From: Balanoglossus misakiensis
Taxonomy: Eukaryota; Animalia; Hemichordata
Direction of reading: 5' to 3'
DNA: 64,000 nt
Assembly (NCBI GenBank): GCA_040954595.2
Contig: CM082591.2
Span: 186,001-250,000, forward strand
In this document: in pieces, positions 54,553 through 64,000 of the stretch
Position numbering within the stretch: position 1 is the stretch's first letter
Layout of the letters: each line of letters opens with the position of its first letter
Program-made: the position numbers and the translations under genes
Notes under the pieces: model-generated
Database searches by the model: none
What the model was told of the DNA's origin: nothing
What the model saw: the letters and a program-made list of their open reading frames with translations, nothing else

Positions 54553-57500
54553 TCAAAGCAACCCTAATCTCATAGGATTCTCAATATTCTTCTTAAAAGT
54601 TTGTAAAAATTGTGATGATAGTTGGTCATCTATAACTCTTCCATCACTGCACAATGTAACAGACATTAATGTCTGTGGTTTGTCATCTTCTCCCAAGACA
54701 AGACGAGATCTTCCAACAGCTAGGATACATGACTGAGGTGGATTAATTATTGCAGTGAATTCCTGGATTCCAAACATTCCTAAGTTGGATATTCTGGGAA
54801 TGGAAAGAAAAAGGACAAGTAGCTAATGTCAGGGATTTTAATAAATTTGAAAGTTATTATTAACAAAAAACTGATTCATACTGGATATACAAGCTCTGTT
54901 CAAACTAATTGATGGATTTTAACATTCTTTTGGGGGAGTTACAAAAATGTAGATTTGTGGACTTACGTGAAAGAGCCTCCCTGGAATTCATGGGGTTGCA
55001 GTTTTCCATCTCTGGCTCTGTTTGCCAGGTCCTGGGAATAATCAGACAATAATTTCATCATGGTTCAGATTGGAGAATCAAAGTGGTTGAAAAATCATTG
55101 GAATCTCATTTATAAATTCATTTCAAAACTGTTCTTACAAGACGAGTAAATGTTTTATAAAAAGAACACTCATAATGAATTACCTGGATATCACTGGCTA
55201 TTTCAGTAAGACCTTTATTATTGGCATTTTTCACAATTGGTGTAATTAGTCCATTGGGTGTTGCCACAGCAACAGATACATCAATGTTTTCCATCAGTCT
55301 GACAGAGTCACCTGTCCACAGAGCATTCACTCTGGGAACATTCTGCAAAAAAAAGAATTTTCCTTTAATTCTTTCGCCCCAAGATTCCTGCTATAAACAA
55401 CTTTGATTTGCATGTATCAAGATTCGTGGTACCATGTGTTATTCATTGACTCTGATTGGAATGTTGGAATAGTGTTTCTAGAGAGTTTTCACTGTAAAAT
55501 ATTATTCTAAAAAGATGATGAGCAAGTGAAGTCTTACCTTTAATGCCACTGCGATGGCTTTGATTAAAAAGTCATTGACAGAGATTTTGATATTATCTTC
55601 TTTGATCAGTTTCTTTCGGAGTTGTAAAACATCATCCATTCTACAATCAATTGTGGCGTAGGAGTGTGGAGTAGTTTGCTGTGTTGACAAGAGATCATTA
55701 GTCACCCACATATTCAAAGGAATACAGGGATTTTCTAATTCTGTAGAAGCGAAGACACGGACAAGGCACGAACAAAATAACACCTGAAAGTGTTGCTCGT
55801 TTACTCCATGCTTTTTAGCAATTATGAAGCGTTCAATACAAAGCTGTTCTTCACAGTCGAGTTTCAATTTCTGGGAATTCTTTCCTTATAAGCAGGTGTC
55901 ATAATTGCTGTAGGCGTTTTATTCACAAGTCTGTGTCACGTCGTTATTTTGCAGAACATCTCCAAAACTCTAGCATTCACTAACCCCTACAACTACAAAC
56001 ATCTTAGCCAAATATAGACAGTCTAACATGCTGTACTAAATCACCCCTCCATCATAGTAATCTGATTAAAATGAATCTCTCAAGAATGAAAAGATGACAT
56101 CTATTAAAAGTGTCATCATTTTGACCAGACTTGCTAATTAAGTTGATTATAAGTTTCAATAATACCTAGTAGATCAGAAATCACACAATCTCACAGGTTT
56201 TCTCAGGAGGTTATAGAAGATGGAATGTTTTGAGATAACTATTCAGGCTGAACAAATTATCTTTACAATGAAATATACCTTGGGGATACATTTACTGCAA
56301 AATGAAGCTTGTTCACATCTTTCCAATATTTGCTATATAATTAATGTTATCAGTAGTCACATTGAGGATTTAGACCACTTTGGTGAGTGGTGGTCAGTTT
56401 GGACATTAAAATAATATTAGCCCATCTTACTGGTGAAAATGTGAATTGTTGGTGTTTGTATTTCACTCAAACCTTTCACCCCCAGCCTTAACTGGACTGA
56501 ACCATGGTGGTGAGAGAGAGAGAGAGGGGGGGGGGGGGTTAATGAAAATGAGACATCCATCTATCATATTGATTGTACTGAAGTAAAGAGATCATAAATT
56601 GTTTCATCTCTATATCTCTCAATCAATCCACTGTGAAATAAAGTGTCACTATTGGATTTATTAAATGGTACGAAGCGAGAATGATATCATTAAACATGAA
56701 GATGGCTTTAGAGAAACATTATCATTTTAATTAAACCTTATTGCCTATATGTGTGATGTATTAGCATCATTATAAGCTTACCTTTGATTCTAATAATCTC
56801 TTAGCAATGACTTTTCTCATATTGGTCAGTTCAATATCAGTGTATGCAGCCTGCAGGGCACAAAAAACATTTCCATTAGAATGTTAGAATTAAATGTCTA
56901 ACTTACAACGGGGAAGAATACAGAGTAAGTTTATTCCCACTCCCCATACCTGTTCATAACAATGCTCAACAATGGTGCAAGCACTCCTGTATTTGTAAAT
57001 TGACACAAATCCAATTTTACTGCAAATTCACTTTACCTCTGACTTTGGTGTTACGACGACTCTGGGTATTGCTTTAGGTTGCACTGGAGTTACTTTTGTT
57101 ACATCAGGTGTTGGTGGTCTTTCTGTTACATGCAGTGGTACATCTGATCTCAGAGAATCCTTCTTGCCGGCCAGTGCATGAATTACATCACTATATCAGC
57201 AAAAAAAATAAAAGCTAATCAGCATATTTTCAGTGTCTGCCTTCTGCAGCCTTTGAAATGTTCAAACATTTTAATAAAAATACATATTGAAAATTGTCAT
57301 TTATAATTTATAATAAGAGTAATATTGAAACATAAGATCTTTTTTATTCCAATCACGCAGATACCTACCCTTTCAGAATTCTAGCATTCGGTCCTGTTGG
57401 TATAATTGCTTCTGGGTTTAGGTTATGTTGTTCTATCAAATTCCTGACCGCCGGTGAGAGCAGACCACTGTATAAAAGTACAATGTCAAAGTCTTACAAT

Positions 57501-59960
57501 CACTGAAAGAATTAACTCAATATTACAATTCCAAATGGTGAGTTCATATAAATATAACAAACTCTTCCCATTTGCTGAATATATTTGATTAAAATAGTTG
57601 CATGTTTCTCTGACTTTCTGACCTAATAGAGTCAAGTGCTAAACAGTGTTACAGCTATCTTAACAGCCAAGAACAGCCACATACCTGGGTTTTCCTACAA
57701 CATGTCTCACACTAGAAAATGTTGTTGTTTCTGACACATCACTGGCACTAGGGGGCGCTACTACCTCCCTTCCTTCTGCCACTGGTATTTGCACATCTTT
57801 GTAATCCTCACCTTCTTCTACCATTAATGCTATTAGTTTACCAATAGGTACATTTGGTGTACCTTCAGGAATCTGTCAAAAATATTTTCAAAAGTTTAGT
57901 TGGTTAGAGCATCAGACTCATGATTGAAGGATCATGAGTTTGAGCCCTGGCATGCCAGTGGTGTTGTGTCCTTTGGCAAGGCACATTACTTCTCATTGCT
58001 TGGAATATTTAGGTCCAATTACCAAGGAAAAAACTGTAAAGTGCATTGACATGTATTATCCAATGCGCTATATTAGAAATCAATATTATTATTATTACCA
58101 GAATTTTGGCAAGAGTTCCTTCCTCTTCAATTTCCATGGTAACAGTGGCTTTGTCAGTTTCTATTTCACACAACGCATCACCAGCCTGTACTTTATCTCC
58201 TGTATCATGCAAGAATAAAACCTCACATTAAAGGAAGAATTTATCAATTCTGCACTGGCGTGCAAACGTGAAATGTGATGTTTAACTTATAGCCATGGAC
58301 ATCAGAACTGACCTTCTTTTTTGAGCCAGGTCACAATACGCCCTTCCTCCATTGTAGGTGACAAAGATGGCATAGATATCTGTATGGCTGGCACATGACC
58401 ACCTACAACAAAAATTATATGAACAATCCAACTTAATCAAAAACAATAAGTTTCGAATCATAAGCCTCTTCCAACAAGTTGCTCCAAATTTTCACAGGAG
58501 TAGACACATGCAAGGAATCGAAAATAAAATCAGATCTTCTTATCAATACTGAACCAAATGCAGACTAAGTTGAATTTTTTAAAACTTCAGACTAGACTAG
58601 CTTTAATACTTCTCTCAAGTAACAAGATGTTTTCATGGTCACCAACCTATAGGTTCAGCTGCAGCAGGTGACACAGATGGCATATCAGTTGTAGGCTGTG
58701 TCTGTGATGAAGCTGATACACTACTGGTTGCCCCTGGCAACTCTACATCCTTGTAATCCTCGCCTTCATCCACCATCAATGCTATCAATGTACCAATCTG
58801 TACATTAGTTGTTCCCTCAGCAACCTGTACACGAGATGAAAACATACACAGAAGGAATGACTAACTGTTTATACAAATACGAAACAGGTTTTCTGTACAC
58901 AGTGATTTTTTTATGTTGTTGCTCAAGGAAATATTCTCGTCTTGCTGTGCAAGAAACACTTGATGTTATTTTACCAAAATCTTAGCAAGAATTCCTTCTT
59001 CCTCAAGTTCCATGGTAACTGTTGCTTTGTCTGTTTCAACTTCACAAAGTGCATCACCAGGTTGGATTGGATCACCTAGTAATGAAAGAGATGCAAATAC
59101 ATCGTCATCAACTGATGGTTTCTACATGGGACAATAAAAATAATAAAGGATTTGTAAAATAGATGACTAAAGATTGAAGTTCAGTGCCTCAATAATAAAA
59201 ACAGCACCAATGACTTTATTGAGCCTGAGGTGTCTTGTAACAAAGCTAATTTTGAAACCCTGTACCACAATATGTGCAACTGCATCAGTATAACAGATAA
59301 TGACAAACTAACCTTCTTTTTTCAGCCATTTGACAATCTTGCCATCTTGCATTGTTGGTGACAGAGCTGGCATATCAATGTTAGTTCCCTTCACACCTTG
59401 GTAGAAATGAAATAAAGTAGTTTAATAAAGAATTAGTGCAATGGTCATTATGGACGACATATCCAAGATCTAATTTACTTGGTAATTTGTTACCTGGTTA
59501 ATGCATTGTGCTGTGTCAAAGATAAATGTCAGTCTACCCAAAGATACACATCTGGAAGTTACACTGCCCAACTATATAACGTTGTGCATACACCTAAACA
59601 CTTGGGTTACACGGCAAACCAACCAACGCCAATCATACCTGCAGCAATGCCACACGTCTTGCTGCGGGTCTGTAGACCACCACTCCCCCAGCCGTACAAC
59701 CTAGGGAGGGGAGTACTGTGGGGGGGGGGGGGCTATGACATAGGACCTGCAGCAGCATACGTCAAGCTGGATCCATTCCAGGGTTACGTTATTCTCTCAG
59801 TCTGACTTAATATTTCAGTCAGATGTCGTTTCGTCTTACCTAGCACTCTTGACGATATAAGGAGTGTCCTCTCTGAACCAACGGTGGGAGGTCGAATCCG
59901 CGAACGGACGAAATTCCTCAACGTAGGGGAGAACCGTCGGAAGACCAAAGCAGACGCCAT
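54553..59960 (-). CDS. PDHX: Pyruvate dehydrogenase protein X / E3-binding protein, mitochondrial, about 596 aa, 14 exons, two lipoyl domains
   Basis: Exons 59960-59840 (Arg-rich transit peptide), 59396-59313, 59075-58975, 58824-58647, 58402-58313, 58199-58099, 57872-57685, 57467-57369 (E3-binding [14 protein letters not shown]...[10 protein letters not shown]), 57190-57037, 56850-56782, 55678-55538, 55342-55184, 55031-54967, 54793-54553. Two MPxLSPTM...ETDKA lipoyl domains. The catalytic DHRxxDG motif is replaced by DGRVIDD, which indicates non-catalytic PDHX rather than DLAT. Confidence 0.92.
57893..58000 (+). mobile_element. Degenerate tRNA-derived SINE fragment in PDHX intron 6
   Basis: A-box-like TAGTTGGTTAGAGC and B-box-like GAGTTTGAGCCC, followed by GTGTTGTGTCCTTTGGCAAGGCACATTAC, which resembles the conserved Deu/Nin-type SINE core. 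Confidence 0.65.
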
Positions 59961-60097
59961 TTTGTAATATAAAAGAGCGCATGCGTTAAAGAAAATCCAG
60001 CGCCCTCGCTGGCGAGACGTGAAGGGGTGAAAGGGCACTGGGGTCATGACCTGCTGCAATGTACACAACATACAACGTTGAAGGATAGGGCGCGATC
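59956..60097. promoter_or_regulatory. Bidirectional promoter shared by PDHX and APIP
   Basis: Only 137 bp separate the divergent ATGs, and the stretch is locally CpG-rich. YY1-like CAAAATGGCG overlaps the PDHX ATG; NRF1-like GCGCATGCG at 59977-59985. Confidence 0.7.
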
Positions 60098-61902
60098 ATG
60101 GACTCGAAATACGGCGAGGTAAGTCTGATATACTAGTATACAGTGACCATAACTATCAAGGCCTGTGAGATTGGATACTATGGCACTCAACCCTGCTGCC
60201 TGGAAAACCTCCTGCATCATTCATCAGTCCATTCTGAGGTACTACCTTCATGGATCAACTGAGCCCCCCCCCCCCCCCCCCCCCCGATTCTTTACTTTCA
60301 CCATGCAAGAGATTGATGATAACCACTGTTACTGTCATCATGGAAACGGTTGCCTGAATGCCGTGATCAGTACAAGTACATAGCAACAGCTTGGATGCAT
60401 CGTGGAAACCGTTTCTATGGATATGTGTATTGCCTAACAAATTGATCACTGTACCAGAATTGGAAATTAATTAATTCATTCATGTCTCTTTATCAGACTC
60501 AAATCAGCAGTACATATTTTGCAGAATTTTTTTTTTTGATTGACAGGAACACCCAAGGAATCTCATCCCAGAATTATGTAGACAGTTTTACAACCTAGGA
60601 TGGGCCACAGGTACTGGAGGCGGAATAAGCATTAAATGTGGGTAAGTGTTGACACCCTCTTTATGTATACTGCCTGGTTCACAAGAAAACTTTTTCAATG
60701 ATCCAAGACCCCTAACTTGTGTTAAAAATTGTGTATAACAAAGGTTCTTATTTGATTATCTACCCAGGAAAGAAATCTATGTAGCGCCTTCTGGAGTTCA
60801 AAAAGAACGAATCAAACCTGAGGATATGTTTATTATTGACGCTGAAGAATTGGTGGAGGTCAGTGGTCCACCTGCAAACAAGAAACTGAAGAAGAGTGCC
60901 TGTACTCCATTGTTTATGAATGCTTATACTCTGAGAGGTATGTATGTCTTTTTTATGGAAATTATTGGCCTTTAGCATTTGCAAATAGGCTGAGGGGCAA
61001 TCTGAATGTGGGGAATGTATGTGGGAAGATTGGTCGGAACAGTGGGTGACTGTGCTTAGCTGTTATACACTTCTAGTTACTTGAGATGAGACATTGTGAG
61101 CTCTTGAAAAAAACTCCCTCCTGCTATGTTGACCTGTTCACAGATGCTGGGGCTGTCATGCATTCTCATTCAAAGTTCGCAAATTTAGTGACACAGTTGC
61201 ATCCTGGGCCAGAGTTTACGATTACCAACCAAGAAATGCTGAAAGGAATTCGTAATGACAAGACTGAAAGCTACTATAAGTAAGTTTTATTAAGTGTGAT
61301 CAAATGTAATGTTTGTCCTGAATCGGTCCTTTTTATATATTCTTGAAATTTGAAAGGTCTTCAAAACTGAGTGAGCCAACTATCGTGGATAATGATGATG
61401 ATGATATTCTTTTAACAGAAACACTGATGTGTTAAAAATACCCATCATTGAAAACACAGAATATGAAGAGGAACTCACCGTAAGTATATATCAAAAGCAA
61501 TCAGTGAGTTTTGTTTAAAAAATGACACTGCAGTGAGTGTATTACAAAGTTCTTACACACAAATTCTCGTTAATTCAAACCATCCAGGAAAGAATGAAAC
61601 AAGCCATGGAAGATTACCCAGAATGCCCAGCAGTGTTGGTACGAAGACATGGTTTGTACGTTTGGGGTCCGACATGGCAAAAGGCAAAAGCAATGTAAGT
61701 GTGGCACAGCATATGGTGTAATATTTTCGGAAATTTCAACCAGTTGTATAATACTGGTATGTGATAGTTACAATAATCTTCCTCTCTATTTCTTGTATCT
61801 TTCAGGTGTGAGTGTCTGGATTATCTCTTTGAACTTACAGTTGAGATGACGAAACTTGGATTGAAACATGAATCTGCATCTAAAAATGGAGCGGACAAAT
61901 AG
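60098..61902 (+). CDS. APIP: Methylthioribulose-1-phosphate dehydratase (APIP/MtnB), about 228 aa, 7 exons
   Basis: Exons 60098-60118, 60547-60641, 60768-60937, 61144-61279, 61419-61479, 61588-61694, 61806-61902. Motifs [48 protein letters not shown] (zinc ligands) and [12 protein letters not shown]. Confidence 0.95.
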
Positions 61903-63120
61903 CAATCCGATTTAAGAGTGGGTCTGGGACTTCCATTTTAAAGTATTAAAATACTATCATGACTGACATCACTTTCTAAGTTAGAAGTGCATTTCAATGA
62001 TGGGACTGTGCAAAGAGTTAGGGCATTTAGCTGGTGGTTAAAGGAAAAACTTAATCCGTTTAAATTCACAGAGGACTAAGGTGTCTGGAAATTTGTTGTG
62101 ATTCAATTGTAAGTTTGATTTTATTGCTCGTTGACTTTCCTTGTTATGAAAACATTGTTTAAAACAATAAAGTAATACAGGTGTCATAATGATTGTCTAG
62201 TTTCCAGCCTTAATTAATTTTCTACTGTCATGAGTCTAAGCTCAGTTTATTACGCCCTCTAGCGGCATACATATATTTCTTGACCCTCAAGAAGGTGCGT
62301 GACTTCAGTCCCGCGCGACCAAAATGCTAAAAATAACTCAGCTGTGATGTGCCCTCTACGACTGTTTTCTAATTGAAATTGTACACTTGTTTGAAATAAA
62401 CTTGTTTTCTCTCCCTGTATTTCTTTCAGAACTCTGTGGTTGCTTCATGTCTACTCACAAAGTGTGTTTATATATGTACACCACACAACTACACATTGAT
62501 CATGCAATCACACAGATAACATTACTTATTGAACGTTTATTGCAAAAGAAATGTTCATGTAATAGAAATTTAAATCACATCAAAAAATTACATTTGCAAT
62601 GTTTATAAAATGACACTGGTTATTTGCCTTGCTTTCAGAAGTATTTCTAGTTCTAATGTCATGGACAATTATGCCTGAATCAGCAATAAATTCGTATGAG
62701 CTGAATACGATTGAACCAAAACTAATGTTTCATCTTGCATAGAAATTATTGATACAAAGTGCTATAAGACCTGACTGCATTGTATTGGACATCAATTATA
62801 CAAGGAATAGCCATAGCAAGACAGCTTTTCTGATTTGGTTCACGTCTACGGTGGGGACAAGGAACAACAAAATACATTGATGTTAATCACCAACTAATTC
62901 AGTAGTTCAAGGTGGAGGTATTCACTGGAAATGCAGGACTACATGGTTGATCATTGTTACGAACTTATAAAAATACTGAACACTGTTTCTACTCAAACTC
63001 AGTTCAGCCAAAAGAGTCAAGCACAAGCAAGATTTGCATATTCCAAACGGCAACAAAAAAGAAAATATTACATCAAGGATAGTTAGACCTGCTATGCAGA
63101 GAGAATAAAGTTGAAGCTTT

Positions 63121-63880
63121 TTATATGGCTGTTGCAAATCCCACTCTGTTGTTACCACGGTCGAATTCCGTGTAGAATTTTCCAATGAAAACATCACCCA
63201 GAATCCAGAGAGGACCATGAGGGGCCGGAATGTCAATTCCCATGAAACCACTCAAACAGATGGATACACCAGCCTGACTTTCCTGTAATAATTAAAAAGA
63301 ATGTCAGGAAGATCTTTGTGGGTGACGTGCATGCAGCGGACTGAACGTCCTCCATTTTGATAATGTATTCTGTTTGCTTTGAATTTTTTTTTTTAAATCT
63401 TGCTCAGCTGTTCAGTCAAAATGACTGTTGTGATGGTAGTAGTACTAAGGAGTGGGAGAGATGGGGAGAGTGGAACAAATTTTCAAACTTACCTTGAGGA
63501 TGTAATCTTTGCCCTCAAGTGTGAATGGTTTTCCATTCAAAACAAACGAGAGTTTTGGAAGACTGTCAATCTTGTTGCAATCAACAATGTACTGTTAAAA
63601 TAAATAAAAGAAACAACAATGAATAATTCATCTTTAAATGTGCCTCAGAAAGAGATATTTCTTGAAATTCTGTGTACTATTTTACTACAAACAAGTTATT
63701 ACAATTTTTCTTTAAAATGTCCCTGAACTGACCTCTCCAGCAACCAATGGTTTGGCTCCGATAGCTGCATTGAGGGCTTCAACTTCCTTGGTCGGTCCAG
63801 CAATGAGTGAAGTACCAGTGTCCGCAATCGCTTTGCATCCACCACTACAGAAAGCAGATGGCTGGCTATTCAGCTGGATG
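63121..63880 (-). CDS. CTSD: Cathepsin D-like lysosomal aspartic protease, last three exons (gene continues beyond the window)
   Basis: Exons 63880-63733 ([19 protein letters not shown], second catalytic DTG), 63591-63493, and 63282-63121 ([42 protein letters not shown]). Confidence 0.9.
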
Positions 63881-64000
63881 CTGAAAGAAAATATCCAACA
63901 CCATTGTGAGTTAGGCGACACATAGTTGGTAGTACCACAAGGATTCACATGTGGCCAATTAAGGTTGACACTACAGCATCTTCTTGTTGCAATGATAAAT

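Noticed and set aside
57893-57960. tRNA gene
   Set aside because: Degenerate A and B boxes, no closable acceptor stem, and a SINE-type core follows
54553-59960. Calling this gene DLAT (E2) because it has two lipoyl domains
   Set aside because: The catalytic DHRxxDG motif is absent (DGRVIDD), and adjacency to APIP matches PDHX

Overview
Eukaryotic, AT-rich, intron-rich genomic DNA from an invertebrate deuterostome. The peptide style suggests an ambulacrarian (hemichordate or echinoderm); this is inferred, not proven. Six spliced genes were reconstructed by hand, with GT-AG junctions and consistent intron phases. (1) A calcitonin-type neuropeptide precursor (+, 3138-4842) with two tandem peptide exons that each carry their own stop codon and look mutually exclusive, similar to vertebrate CALCA calcitonin/CGRP splicing. 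(2) A 22-exon SCUBE gene (-, 9097-36041) with an extra ~214-aa N-terminal module not present in vertebrate SCUBE1-3. (3) An unrecognised 140-aa secreted, prohormone-like protein ending in a single EF-hand (-, 39190-42533). (4) PDHX/E3BP (-) with two lipoyl domains. (5) APIP (+), head-to-head with PDHX. (6) The 3' end of cathepsin D (-). The introns hold MITEs, hairpin elements with target-site duplications, a truncated LINE and a tRNA-derived SINE. The strongest novelty candidates are the two-peptide calcitonin splicing switch and the orphan secreted EF-hand propeptide. All coordinates were read by eye and no database searches were run.
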